64,000 bases of DNA. Source: the human T2T-CHM13v2.0 reference genome, Homo sapiens. The notes beneath the pieces are model-generated. The model worked only from the letters and a program-made list of their open reading frames with translations, searched no databases and had not been told where the DNA came from. Position numbers and translations under genes: made by a program. Below, piece after piece: positions 31,466 through 47,263 of the stretch (position 1 is its first letter; each line of letters begins with the position of its first letter). The stretch lies in the NCBI RefSeq assembly GCF_009914755.1, contig NC_060935.1; one strand, 5' to 3'.

Positions 31466-34400
31466 GACTCACAGAAACCTACAGTAAAGGAGTGGAAAAA
31501 GATAGTCCACTCAAATGGACACTAAAAGTGAGCGGGAGGAGCTATTCTTACATTAGACAGAACAGACTTTAAAGCACAACAGTTAGAAAAGACAAAGAGA
31601 GATATTTTATAATGATAAAAGGTCTATTCCAACAGGAAAGTATCACAATCCAAAATATATATGCACCTAACACTGCAACTCCCGTTTATAAAACAGTTCC
31701 CACTAGACTTAAGAAATTAATTTGATGGCAACACAATAATAGTGCGGAACCTCAATAGTGCTCCACTGACAGCACTAGACAGGTCATCAAGACAGAAAGT
31801 CAACAAAGAAACAATGGATTTAAACTATACCCTAGGTCCGGCACGGTGGCTCACGCCTGTAATCCCAGCACTTTGGGAGGCCAGGGCTGGTGGATTGCCT
31901 GAGCTCAGGAGTTCGTGACCAGCCTGGGCAACACGGTGAAACCCCGTCTCTACTAAAATATAAAAAATTAGCCAGGCGTGGTGGCATGTGCCTGTAGTCC
32001 CAGCTACTTGGGAGTCTGAGGCAGAAGAATTGCTTGAACCCAGTAGACGGAGGTTGCAGTGAGCCAGGATAGCGCTACTGCACACGAGCCTGGGCAACAG
32101 AGTGAGACTCCATCTCAAAAAAATAACAATAATGAATAAACAAAATAAAATACTATACCCTAGAACTAATGGACTTAATGATATTCACAGAACGCTCTAC
32201 CCAACAACTGCAGAATATACATTCTATTCATCAGCACATGGAACATTCTCCAAGATAGACCATATGTAGGCCACAAAACAGGTCTCAATAAATTTAAGAA
32301 AATTGAATTTATATCAAGTACTCTCTCAGAACACAGTGGAATTAAATTGGAAATCAACTCCAAAAGGAACTTTCAAAACCACATAAATACATGGAAATTA
32401 AATAACCTGTTCCTGAATTATCATTGGGTCAACAATGAAATCAAGATGAAAATTTAAAAATTCTATGAATTAAATGCTAATAGTGACACAACCTATCAAA
32501 ACCTCTGGGATACAGCAAAAGTGGTGCTAAGAGTAAAGTTCATAGCATTAAATGCCTACATCAAAATGTCTGAAAGAGCACAAATAGACAATCTAAGGTT
32601 ACATCTCAAGGAATTAGAGAAGGAAGAACAAACTCAACCCAAACCCAGCAGAAGAAAAGAAATAAAAACAATCAGAGCAGAAGTAAATGAAAAAAAAAAA
32701 ACAAATGAAACAAAAGAAAAGTGAAACAAAAAGCTGGTTCTTTGAAAACATAAACAAAATTGATATACCATTAGCAACTTTAACCAAGAAAAGAACAGAG
32801 AAGATCCAAATAAGCTCAATTAGAAATGAAACAGAAGATGTTACAACCAATACCACAGAAATACAAAAGATCCTTCAAAGCTACTGTGATCACCTTTACA
32901 TGTACAAACAGGAAAACCGAGAGGATATGCATAAATTCCTGGAAATATACAAACCTCCTAGATTAAACTAGGAGGAACAGAAACTCTGAACAGACCAAAA
33001 AAAAAAAAAAAAAAAGCAGAGAGATTGAAATAAAAATTAAAGAGACATTGCCAACAAAAAAGTACAGGATCAGACGTATTCACAGCTGAATTCTATCAGA
33101 TATTCAAAGAAGAATTGGTACCAATCCTACTGAAACTATTCCAAAATATAGAGAAAGAGAGGATCCTGCCAAAGCATTGTATGAAGCCAGTGTCACCTTA
33201 ATACCAAAACCGGAAAGGACATAACAAAAAAGGAACTACATACCAGTATCCCTGATGAATATAGATGCCAAAATCCCCAACAAAATACTAGCTAACCCAA
33301 TCCAACAGCATATCAAGAAGATAATCCACCATTGTCAAGTGGTTTTCATAGCAGGGATGCAGTGTTAGGTTAACATACACAAGTCAATAAATGTGATACA
33401 TCACATAAACAGAATTAAAAACAAAAATCACATGATCATCTCAATAGAAGCTGTAAAAGCATTTGACAAAATCTAGCACCCTTTATTATTAAAACCTTCA
33501 GCAAAATCGACATAGAAAAGACATACCTTAATGTAATAAAAGCCATCTATGACAAACCCACAGCCAACATTATACTGAATGGGGAAAAGTTGAAAACATT
33601 CTCCCTGATAACTGAAACAAGACAAGGATGCCCACTTTCACCACTTCTATTCAACATAGTACCACTTCTATTCAACATAGTACTGGAAGCTTTAGCCAGA
33701 GCAGTCAGACAAGAGAAAGAAATCAAGACCATCCAAATCGATAAAGAGGAAGTCAAACTGTCCCGTTCACTGATGATACGATTGTATACCTAGAAAACCC
33801 TAAAGACTCATCCAGAAAGCTCCTAGAACTGATACATAAATTCAGTAAAGTTTCAGGATACAAACTCAATGTACACAAATCAGTAGCACTGCTATACACC
33901 AACAGTGACCAAACTGAGAATCAAATCAAGAACTCAAACACTTTTACAGTAACTGTAAAAAAAAAAAATACTTAGGAATATACCTACCCAAGGAGGTGGA
34001 AGGCCTCTACAAGGAAAACTACAAAACACTGCTGAAATCATAGATGACACAAACAAATGGAAACATATCCCATGCTCATGGATGGGTAGAATCAATATTG
34101 TGAAAATGACCATACTGCCAAAAGCAATCTACAAATTCAATGCAATTCCCATCAAAATACCATTGTCATTCTTCACAGAACTAGAAAAAAATTCTAAAAT
34201 TAATATGGAAACAAAAAACCCCACATAGCCAAAGCAAGACTTAGCAAAAAGAACAAATCTGGAGGCATCACATTACCCATCTTCAAACTATACTACAAAG
34301 CTATAGTCACCAAAACAGCATAGCACTGGCATAAAACTAGGCACATAGACCAATGGAAAAGAAGAGAGAATCCAGAAATAAAGCCAAATACTTACAGTCA

Positions 34401-35610
34401 ACTGATTTTTGACAAAGCTAATGAAAACATAAAGTAGAGAAAAGACAGCCTATTTAACAAATGGTTTTGAGATAATTGGCAATCCACATGTAGAAGAATG
34501 AAACTGGATCCTCATCTCTCACCTTCTACAAAAATCAACTCAAGATGGATCAAAGACTTAAATCTAAGACCTAAAACCATAAAAATTCTAGAAGATAATA
34601 TCAGAAAAATCCTTCCAGACATTCACTTAGGCAAAGACTTCATGGCCAAGAACCCAAAAGTAAATGCAACAAAAACAAAAATAAATAGATGGGACTTAAT
34701 TAAACTAAAAAGCTTTAACACAGCAAAAGCAATCGTCAGCAGAGCAAACAGACAACCCACCGAGTAAGAAAATCTTCACAAACTAAGCACCTGACAAAGG
34801 ACTAATATCCAGAATACAAGGAACTCAAACAAATCAGCAAGAAGAAAGCAAACAATCCCATCAAAAAGTGGGCTAAAAACATGAATAGACAATTCTCAAA
34901 AAAAGAGATAGAAACAGACAACAAACATAGGAAAAAATGCTTAACGTCACTAATGATCAGGGAAATGCAAATCAAAACCATAATGCGATACCACCTTACT
35001 CCTGCAAGAATGGCCATAATTTAAAAATCTAAAAATAATAGATGTTGGCGGGGATGTGGTAAAAAAGGAACACTTTTACACTGCTGGTGGGAATGTAAAC
35101 TAGCACAACCACTATGAAAAACAGTGTGGAAATTTCTTAAAGAAGTAAAAGTGGATCTACCATTTCATCCATCAATCCCATTAAATATATATAAATATAT
35201 ATATATACAACTATGTATATAGTACACGTATACATTTATATACCATGGAATAGTACTCAGCCATAAAAAGGAATAAAATAATGGCATTCACAGCAACCTA
35301 GATGGAACTGGACATATTACTCTAACTGAGGTAACTCAGAAATGGAAAACCAAACATCATATATTCTCACTTACAAGTGAGAGCTAAACTGTGAGGATGT
35401 AAATGCATAGAATAATATAATGAACTATGGGGACTTCAGGGGAAGGATGGAAGAGGGGTGAGGGATAAAAGACTACACATTGGGTATAGTGTACACTGCT
35501 CAGGTGATGGGTGCCCCAAAATCTCAGAAATTACCACTAAAGAACTTATCCATGTAAGCAAACACCACCTGTTCCCCCAAAACCCATTGAAATAAAAATA
35601 ATAACAACAA
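31466..35610 (+). mobile_element. 5'-truncated L1PB-like element (ORF2 remnant + 3'UTR)
   Basis: Degenerate ORF2 fragments. 3' end gggtgagggataaaagactacacattggg...caccacctgttccccc. 21-bp tandem duplication at 33640-33681. Confidence 0.88.
31835..32151 (+). mobile_element. AluS nested in L1PB
   Basis: Alu body; TSD actataccctag at 31824-31835 and 32152-32163. Confidence 0.92.
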
Positions 35611-36079
35611 ATGATTTAATTTCACAGAACTTTTAAAAAGTTTAATGTTCAGAGTTGATAATAATAAAAGAAGTTAGAAAAAAATGTGTAGCAAGTGGTA
35701 GCCTCTGGACAATGACATTCTAGATTTTCACTTTGCATACACTTCTCTACCACTTGGAAAGAAAGCATACACATGAATATATCACCACTATGATAAAGAA
35801 AACACCGAAACATGGTGTCAGGCCATTTTCAGCCTTGATGATCCTATGATCTACTTATTTCTTTAGTTAAAAAGCCTCATAACGAAAGTTCACATTACTT
35901 AATCTGATATCTAGGCCCATAATTGATTTTCAAAATCAGGACAGCAATTACTTACAGGAAGCTGAACAAGATGGGACATGATGGGAGAGGCTGATATGTA
36001 TTGGATATGGGACAGAGGCCAAGAATCATCTCAGTTAGGATTTGTGCCTCAAATACCTCTGGCCTCTGATTTGTCCATA

Positions 36080-36285
36080 GTCCTCATACAGGAAATAACA
36101 AGACTGTCCAGCATCTTCATAAGCCTGGATTGCTAACCAGCTTTCATTTCAGCTCCTGTAGGCATCTCCTGAATTAAGCAACACAGAAAAGTCCTCTGAA
36201 GACACTGAATCCCAGAAAGGCTCTCTACCTTTAGCACAAGGGAGGTCTTCACCACAGGACAAAAGAAGGAAAGATAAGGGTAAGT
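36080..36285 (+). promoter_or_regulatory. Putative promoter / non-coding exon 1 of MRGPRX4 with donor AAGG|GTAAGT (GT at 36280-36281)
   Basis: Paralogue of 40-244 with an intact consensus donor. Acceptor at 40729-40730. Confidence 0.55.
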
Positions 36286-36948
36286 ACCAAGAACTGTCTT
36301 CTTCCATGGTCAGTTATGGTTTTTGCTATCAGATCATGTCCTGTGCTTCCACCTTGGTGCTACATGCAGGGGGTCATGAGCTTGTTTCAGGAAAAGACAG
36401 GAGACACGAAGCTTCGTTTTGGAAACTGAGTGCTGCCAGCCCAAACTGTGTGAGTTCCAAATGGGGTCCCCCTTCTGATTTATCTCCCCGTATCATCTCC
36501 TTCATTCCAATCATTCAATCTGCTCTCCTGGAGAGAATGCTGCCTCTTACATTCATTTAAGGAGCCAGAAGACATGAAGACATTTCTTCCCAGAGTTGAA
36601 CTGCTGTAGGGCCGGTTTTATTGTTTCACTTACTTTTTAAATTTATTCTTCTTTGCCTATCTGGAAAGGACCAAGGAAGTTATAGATAGTCCAAACTGAA
36701 ATAATTAAGGAGTGTTTCGTGAGGAAAGTATTTACAAAGATGCGCAGGGTTAAGGGAAAGAGATGAGGCATGGCAAAGCACCTCAAGCAGCAATACATAG
36801 GGGAGCACTACTTCCTCCCCTAGGCTGAAAGGCACAGGGAAGGAGCAGTTACCATTGTCGCCATAGCCATAGTTGTAGCCATAGGGGTGGGAGAGCACGA
36901 GCAGGCAGGTGGAGAAGCCCTGCACAGCCAACACACAACCACACAGGC

Positions 36949-37367
36949 CGATATGGTTTGGATCTGTGTCCCTACCCAAATCTCATGTTGATTGTAATTC
37001 CCATTGTTGGAGGGAGGGCCTGGTGGGATGATTATTAGATCATGGGGATGATTTCGCATGAATGTTTCAACACCATCCCCTTTTGGTATTATTGTTTTGA
37101 TACTGATAAGTTCTCATGAAATCTAATTGTTTAAAAGTGTGTAGCACCTCCTCCCTCTCTCTCTTGCTCCTGCTCTCACCATGTGAGATGCCTTGCTCCC
37201 CCTTTGCCTTTCATCAGGATTGGAAGCTTTCTGAAGCCTCCCCTAAAGCAGAAGCTGCTATGCTTCCTGCATAGCCTGTAGAGCCATGAGCCAATTAAAC
37301 CTGTTTTCCTCATAAATTTCCCAGTCTCAGGTATTTCTTTTTATCAATGCAAGAAGGAACTAATATG
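36949..37367 (+). mobile_element. MaLR solo LTR (MST-like), paralogue of 885-1303
   Basis: Same sequence and site; TSD caggc/caggc. Confidence 0.85.
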
Positions 37368-40300
37368 CAGGCAGAGAGCCAGGAGATGGAAATCCCAAGT
37401 CACTCTCCTGCTGTCTTCCAGTCTCCTGCCAGTATGTCCCAGTGTCTCAATTTCATTAGAAACCAGAAATAAAAAGAATCCTACTAATGTGGTACATGGA
37501 AGCCACTCACTTGGGATGTCAAACAGGATAGAGAAGAACGGAAAGCAAATCCTCATGCCAAATGAGACTATTCCTCTTACCTTCTTATATCCTCCTACTT
37601 CCTGAGGCTTGCTCTGCCTGAAGGTGATTGATTCCTGTCTCATTTCAGCTCCATGAGACTACTTTAATGTTTGGCATGTCTTTCTCTACTGTCACTTTTA
37701 TGCAGAAATGTTTGCATTTGTCAAAAATGCATAGAAAATAAAATGTAATTTAAAAAGAGAACATATTTATTTGTTTAGAATCTAAGTTTGGCTGCTCTAA
37801 AAAAGACATGAAGTAGAAATATCTTAAACAAAAAAGTATAATTGTGTCTCTGGGTCACTAGATTCTGAATCTGCAAATTCAACAAACCACAGGTGGAAAC
37901 TATTCCAAAAATAAGGGTATGGTGGAGTTGTGTATGTACTGAACAGGTACAAACTTGTTTTTCCTCGTCATTATTTCTGAAAAACTACAATATAACAAGA
38001 ATTTACATAGCATTTGCATTTCGTCAGTTATTCTAAATAACTAAAAATGATTTAACATATCTGGGAGAAAGTGCATAGGTATATACAAATACCACATAGA
38101 AGGAAATAGAGCATCTGCAGATTTTGGTGTGTGCTAAAGTTCTGGAAAAAATCCCCTGTGAATACCCAGAAATGACTATCTTTGAAATCTGAAGTAGAAG
38201 CTCCAAGGCGTCACACATCAGAATTCCAAAAATTGGGGCTCCCAGTCCCTAGAGAGTTGCCCTCATCTTTGTGATCTTGCATGGTTTCCAGCTACATCAG
38301 CATTCCAGCCTTATGGAAAAGGACGAGGGGAAGGAGAGGCTTTACTCCTTCTATTGATCCTGTGAGCAAGGAATTGCTTACATCACTTTGTGATTCTTCC
38401 ACTTAACAGCACCTGGTCATACAATGTCATCCAGCATCAAGGAAAACTGGGATGTGGGTCTTTGTGCTGCTTTTATACTCTCAGAATTGTTATGTGACCG
38501 AAGAGGAAAATGAATATTGGGGCAATCTAGCAGTCTCTTCAGCCCTGATTGTCTCTGACTCTGTGCTCACATCAAGATTTTTCAGGAACTCCTCAGAAAT
38601 AATGAATGATGGGGCAGAGAACAGAACTGGAGCCTCATGCAGGGTTCCAGGGACCAGGGGCTGGTATTAGACTTGCTCTTCGTGTTGTGAACTCAGGAAA
38701 ACCCTTTAATTCTCTATGCCTTGGCTTCATCTTATGTTATATGAGGATAATACCATAGATGGTCTTTAAGGAACACAGGCTAAATGTTGGTGATACTACA
38801 GGGAAAATGACAGGTATGACTTAGTCCTTATGGAGCTTTGGTTTTCATGAGGAAGACAAACATATCATACCATAAATATAGATAGAGAAACTCTTTAGTG
38901 CCCTGAGTGTGGATAACAGAGGCTCTCCTTTTCCTCCCATTTCCTTTCTGGGCCAATCAGGGCTGTGGCACCTTGCCCCTCTAAGAGAGCTCATGATGGA
39001 TGCATTCACTCCTGATGCTTCTCTGTACTCCCAGCAAAGGGTGCATCTTCTGTCCACTAGGAGGCCTCCTGCCCCTGTGCATCCTCAGGATTCCAGAGCA
39101 AATGTGACCTCTGATAGGCAAAAAGGAACTCCTGAATTTATTCCTAAATGGCATTCACTCACCTCTATTTTGTTCCCTCTTTGATTTGCCTCTCCTTCTC
39201 TATGTGGAGTTTGCTTAGGTCAGTTTTTTTTTCAATCCACAATTTTGGCTGCCAACTTGGATTTAACTTGAGAATCACTCCTCTGCTTTACTCCCTGTAA
39301 CATATATAATCGACACAGGGTGGTGCTGGGTATAAAGGGCTGCTCCAAGACTGGATTGTGAGTCAGACCTGCCGGACTCAAATTCATACTATGTAATACA
39401 TAACCCCTGGGACAAATAATTCCCTTTCGTTGTGCTCCAATTGCATTATCTGCCATATGGGAATAATACCAATTCTTACCTCCTAGGCTCTTCGGGTGAT
39501 TAAAAGAGACAATACCTTACAAACTCTCAATCAGCTGCTGTTATTCTCCCAGATTAGACCTAATCCTCATTCTCCAGTTGAAATCTGCATGAATCTCTCT
39601 CTTTACACTCCAAGCCCTACACATCGCCTATTTCCCCTCATGGACGCCTCTCATACAAATGTTTGCATCAACAAAGAAATGCTACCAAAGATCTCCTGAA
39701 AGAGAGAACAAAAAAGGTTTACATTGTGTATACCCAGCAGAACACTTAGTAGTCCCCCATAGATATTTCCACACTTCAATTACCTCCGTCAGTTACACTC
39801 AGACCTCATCTTCACTTACTCTTTCCTCTGTTCTATTGCTGAGTAATTCAGCTCAGACCCACACCCTACCCAAACACTGTGTACAAAAATGCTTCTAGGT
39901 GTTCAGCAAAGCCACACTGAGTCTTCATTTCAAAGGCACATCAGTGGTCAATTTCAAGTTTTGGGCACACATCAAGAATTCTTCTCAACACAGATACAGC
40001 TTTCCACAAATAGAATTCTGATGAATTAAATTTTCTTCATCCAGTTATACGTGTGTGTTCTAATACCTTACATTGTGCTTTCATCTTTATTTTCCATTTC
40101 ATCCAAATCTACCAGTACCATTAGTCTCATGCATGCATTCATTCATTGAATGAATGTATATGAAAAGCACAGTGTGCTGCTCATGGAAATAGGCACTGGG
40201 AGTATAAAATGTAAAATGTAGTCCTGTCTGCAATGACTGACACACTGAGTTATTTCTCACCCACCAGGCCCAGCCATTTTCACACTTATCCTAGCAAAGG

Positions 40301-40707
40301 TCACATTTTCCTCTAGTTCATAATGCATGGTCTTCCTTCCTGTCCATGGATGACCAGTCCTAGTCACGAGTGTGTCACAACCACCTCTTTGTGTATCTGA
40401 ATTCCTCCACCTGAAAGAAAATTTCAGACCCAGGATAGATTAATCATCGGGTCCAAAGCCCTGGCCGGATGAGTGGGGGTGTTTTGATCCTAATGTTATT
40501 CCCATGTCAGCACAGAACTTGTGTGGCAGTAGAGAGATGTCAGGCTTCAGAGTCAACAAGAACTGGATTTCAAACTGGATTTGAGGACCCCCACCTTTGG
40601 TAAGTGACTTATTATCTGCGAGCCTCTGTTTCTCTCTTCTTTAAATGAGGACAGTAAATCCCATACGGCAGGGTGGTGGGGAGAATCAGAGATGATACAG
40701 CTGGTGA

Positions 40708-41724
<1,017 letters not shown>

Positions 41725-42013
41725 GGGAGAGCCTCTGCCCTGTCAGTCAGACGGGACTTTGAGAGCAACACTGTCCTGCCACCCTTGACAATTACATGCG
41801 TTTTTCTTAGCGTTTCGCCTCAGAAATGTCTCAGTGGTAACTCAAGGTCTTCAAATAAATGTTTATCTAACCTGACAGTTGCAGTTTTCACCCATGGAAA
41901 GCATTAGTCTGACAGTACAATGTTTGGATTCTCCTTGATATTACCAATACATTTTCCCTGTTATCTTGCACTGAATCTTTCCTACTGAACACTTTTTCTG
42001 CACTTTTCATTGT

Positions 42014-42019
42014 AATAAA
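42014..42019 (+). terminator. Poly(A) signal AATAAA for MRGPRX4
   Basis: Paralogous to 5956-5961. Confidence 0.65.
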
Positions 42020-45000
42020 AGGAGTTCCTGTCCACAACCCTAAAACTCTTCTTTATACTTGTTTCCTACCTGATAGTATCAAAAAGGAAGATTCCTTATT
42101 AATCTGTCAGACTATGTTCCCCTGAAAATCATGTTCCCTTCTATGACTGGAGGCATTACTGCAGTTGGAAGCTCAATTCTTAATAAGTGAGTTCTGCTAC
42201 CTCTAAATTCCATTGAATTCTCAGATATAAAGCAAAATAATGTCCTTAGAGAGAGATTCTCCCTTCATAAAAACAGTCTTAGAAATTGGTTTTATGAATA
42301 GCCCTCTCCTGTCATTTGTCCACACATGGTCACATGTTGGCTTTGGTTTCTAGTAAAGACAATCGTGGCCCCTTCCCCTTGAGAACTGGTAAGTGCTTAT
42401 TTAGCTCTTCCTGGACTAACGGACCAGTGAGGAGCCTATAAATACACCCCACCAGTTCCATTTTGGCCATTGGAAATTAAAATTGGTTTCAAACTGGAAA
42501 TTATCTTGAAAACCATTTATTAGTCATTTACAGAGTCTTTAAGTTGTAGGAGAATTCTTCATACTTTCAGGTTTTGTACAAATTGTTCTGGCTGTAACTT
42601 TCAGTTAATTTTATGGCTGTTAACATAAGAAGCAAAACTGAAAACATCTGACTTTTCCATGCTAATGTCAATTATAGTATCCGGATAATAACTTACAGTT
42701 GGTACAAAATTCTGATACATGCTGTGACTTAGATGAACACGGAAACATTGTGCTAAGGAAAATATGCCAGATACCAAAGAACAATATTGTATGGTCAAAT
42801 TCTACGAGGTATCCAAACTAGGAAATTCGTGAACACAGAAAATAAATTAGAAGGATCCTGGTGCTGGATGATGGAGAGAATGTGTAGCCATTATTTAATG
42901 AGCACAGACTTTCTGTGTGGAATAATGCAAAGTTCTTAAAAGGGACAGTGGTAACGGTTACGACTTATTGTGAATGCACTTAATGACATTGAATTGTACA
43001 AATAAAATGGTGAAAGTTGTAAAATGTATGTTATGTGCATTTTACCACAATTAAAAACATTTAATTATAAAAACAGGATCAGTACAAAATTCAGGACTAT
43101 TCTCCACCAGTGGTTATCCCTTCAACAGATAGCTCAAGCAGACAGAAGAGACCACCAAGAGAAGATGTGACATCACAGCAGGGTCTGTGCTGATCATAGA
43201 CAGTGAGGCTGCCCCTCAGATTAACCCTCACTGAGGGGAGCTGACACATGCATTTTGAGTATACAGGAGACAGTACAAAGTAGCTATGAAAGCAATAAAG
43301 AGGTCTATAACAATAAACAGGTGTATAGTTTTCAATTTGTCCAACCAAATTTATTCGTGGCTCGTATCACATTGTTCACAATGTTGAACTCAGGTCCCCT
43401 GAGTGCAGATCCATTGCTCTTCCAGGCTCAGCACTCGCTGATGCTGAATCCTATCTGTCCACCCTCGATTTCCAAATGCCATAGTAGGACATAGCTGTAG
43501 GTAAGGGTTTCCTACAGGTTGGAGGAAGCAGGAAGGCAGTGTTTGCAGCCAATGCTCCACAAAAGGAGCTTTGATGTGATGTCTTTAGTTCAGACTGAGG
43601 GTTATTGAGAGAGCCCATTCTGGGAGTCTGTGATATCAATTGAACAGTTCTGGTCAAAGATGTTGTTTATCATGAGGAATTCTGTAGAGAATTTTCACCT
43701 GGCAATTGAATCAAATAATGTTGGTTCTCACCTGGGACACTGCTTATTTTGACGTTAGTGACTCTTTTTTTCTGACAGAAGAAAATTTCAATTTTATGAA
43801 AGCTTAGATTCTGTCCCTGAAGCCCATTCTGAACTCACTTGGCCTCAGACATTGCTCCACTACAGCAGTTATAACAGTGTATTTCAATTGTTTGTCCTCA
43901 CATCTTTCTCTTCAACTGCACTCTGAGGTCTTTAAGAGCAGAGAACATGTCTTGGAATTTCTAGTGCAACAGACTAGGTGTGGAATTTAGGAGAGTATCA
44001 GTAACTATTTTTCTCAAGCAGCTTCCACCTGAAAATCACAGGTTTGTCCAGCATCTTGAAAAGGCTGGCTCAGTCACCAGATCTCACTGGAACTCCTACA
44101 GGCATCTCCCACTCAACAGAGTGTCCTCTGCAGTTGGTTTTTCTGAGAAGAACTGTTGCCCTTCATTGCAGGTCTGCTCACTGCCTCTGGGAAGAAGAAT
44201 GGAGGAGATGTGGGAGTCTGCTCGTGAGCTGCTTTCTTTCCCAGGCCAATGATATCATTTCCTCTCGGTTCTATGTCGAGGAAGAGCATGCAAGACATCC
44301 AGGAGTGTTCTCCAGAAAGTGAGAAATGATATAAAAGTCTCTAATGGCACTTTTTGGGAGCTGCCATTCATGACTATTTTGTAGGCATGAATTCAACAAA
44401 CATTCGAACCTAATTCATCAAGCACTGTGCTAATTCTACATAAAAGCAAACACCTTTCAAATAAGTCTCTCACTAATACATTCCATCTCTATAACCAATC
44501 CTTTCCACTTCATGAAGAAAATAAATTGATTGATGCTGAGCAAATGCTGAGCCTTTGTGGCCATTCACTGATGCTCTAGTATACCTGGGCTCAAGGGCAC
44601 TGAGTCATCAGCCTCACAAGAATCAATTGGATCTGTTTCCTGTCCTGCTTCTGCCAATTAGGCTTGTCAATATAATTACCTAATTTATCAAAATACACCA
44701 CAAATCAATGAAATACGAGTATGAAAGAAGAATTGTGGTTTCCATACAAACTAATGTGAATGCTTAAAGGGACAATACATGTAGGTTCCAAAATTGTTGT
44801 TAGTTTAATAGGTGTGAGCCTGCCAACTCTATCAGATTAAACAAAAATGAACAATATTGAACAATATCCTCAGAGAGAATGCTATGTATCTGATGCTAAG
44901 ATCTACACTTAAACTAATCCACACTGCAAATCATAGACAATGATTGATAGATATGCTTTCAGCAAGATAGAGTAGAATTCTATTTGCTGAACCCTACACA

Positions 45001-46682
45001 AAGGAGTGTTCTGTAGTCTAGTTCTATTATAGTGAATGAATTCTAGGTAAAAATGAAATATTCATGTTACAAACATATCCTTTTTTATGAATACTGATTA
45101 ACAGACATTTTCAGTTAACCTATCCACTTGCATTCCTGAATATATCATTAAGTGGGCTTTTCATAACAGTATCTCTCACTTATTCTACTGTTTATTGTAT
45201 AAATACATACTGAGCATCTTCTATTCTCTAACTTGCATGCCAGACACTTAGGAGTCAAAGTAAACACACCTACATTCACAGAGCTCACAGCCTGTGAAGG
45301 AAGGACACTAGTGCAGGAAAGACTGCCTCCCAATGTGACGTATACTATCCAAGAGTTGTACTTGTGGCTCAAGGGTGCTCAGAGGAGAGGGTATCTAAAA
45401 ATTCCAAGTTATCTTGCTGCCATCCTGAAGAGGAATGCCACCCCCAAGCACTCAGCTGAAGCAGGACAATAGGATTTTAATAAATTAGAGAATGTTCACC
45501 AGGTGGCTGCTCATGCAGGACAATCTCAGCAACGGTTTTATAATTGATGACATCAAAAGATTAATAGGCTGAATCTTACAACAGCCCTCAGTCAATAGTC
45601 CAACATCACACCAATGCACAATTCCTGAAAAGATTGTTAAGAGACCCTGCAGGTGCTTAGGTCACAGGCATTGCAGAACTATCTACCACAATTACCCTGT
45701 GTTCCAGCAGTACAAGCCCTTGCCTCCAGGCAAAACCAAATCAGCATCTAGAAATCCCAGGATAGGTAGGGAAGCAGAACGTGCAAGTGCTAGATGCGAA
45801 GAACACCTGACCTATTTCAGGGATTTGGGATTCTCAAGCTGACTGCATGGCCAACGTGGGTCACATGCTCATTCCAGGCAATCCAAACAGATAGTGAGGT
45901 TACGGGATTGTCCCAGTCTGAAACTGTGCCACTTGTGCATTTGTGCTCAGGTATCTCTTTTCAGAATATGTATGTAAAGTGTGACTTTACCATAACCATG
46001 GACTGAAGATAACTACTGTTGTGATCCTGGCAGCGTGAGAAATTCACGTATCTACAGAGTGACTATAATCACAGTAAGCATATGTTCTTCTCACCTATGT
46101 GGCAGTGACCTAGAATCTGAAGAGACTGCTGTGATGCTTGTTCTGTATGACTGTGTGGTATCAGTTGGGCACCATTATCGTCAATGTACCAATACTGACT
46201 ATAGATATAGATGGCATTTGTTTCCTGTTATCTAACAACAACAGTAGAGTATAGAAGAAGAAATCTCAATGCTCATGCCCATCATATTGGTCCAATTGTT
46301 TCGAAACTTTGCAGGATGCAAACACAAGGAAGGAGAGCAGAGACAGAGCAGATCTCATTCCTGAGTGTGTATGTAGAAGTGAGTGGATCATGGAAGGCTT
46401 CGTGTAATAGGTAGAATTTTAACTGATGACTACAATTTACCCAGCATTATTATTATAATAATACCATCCTTAAATTCTGCCAATCACCTCAATTTTTGTA
46501 TTGGGGAAGCAGAGATAAATAGGATCTGGACAGATGGAAATGAGAGAAGAGATAATTTACAGTGGCACTGTTAATAAAAGCATAGAGTTTTTTAGGGAAT
46601 GGTGAATAATTCATTGATGAGTTTTATTCCTTGTGTCACCCCATGTATTTGGTCATGGTGGCAAGATCCCTGTTAAATAGAA

Positions 46683-47226
46683 GGAAAGATATGGTATTTT
46701 TCAGACAAACAAATACTGAGAGAATTTGCCACTACCAAGACAGCACTACAAGAACTGCTAAAAGGAGCTCTAAATCAGGAAATAAAACATCAAAATACAA
46801 CCTCCTTAAAGCCTAAATCTTACAGGGCCTATAAAACAATAACACAATGAAAAAAAAATGTATTAACACAACAACTAGCATGATGAATAGAATAGTATCA
46901 CACATCTCAATACTAATGTTGAATGTAAATGGCCTAAATGTTCCACATAAAGGATACAGAATGTCAGAATGGATAAGAATTCAGCAAACAAGTATCTGCT
47001 GTCTTCGAGAGATTCACCTAACACATAAGGACTCACATAAACTTAAGGTAAAGGGTTGGTAAAAGATATACCATGCAAATATATACCAAAAGTGAACAGG
47101 AGTAACTATTCTTATATCAGACAAAAGAAACTACTTTAAAGCAACAACAATTAAAAAAAACAAAGGGGGACATTATATAATGATAAAAGGATGAGTCCAA
47201 CAGGAAAATATCATAATCCTATCATA

Positions 47227-47263
<37 letters not shown>
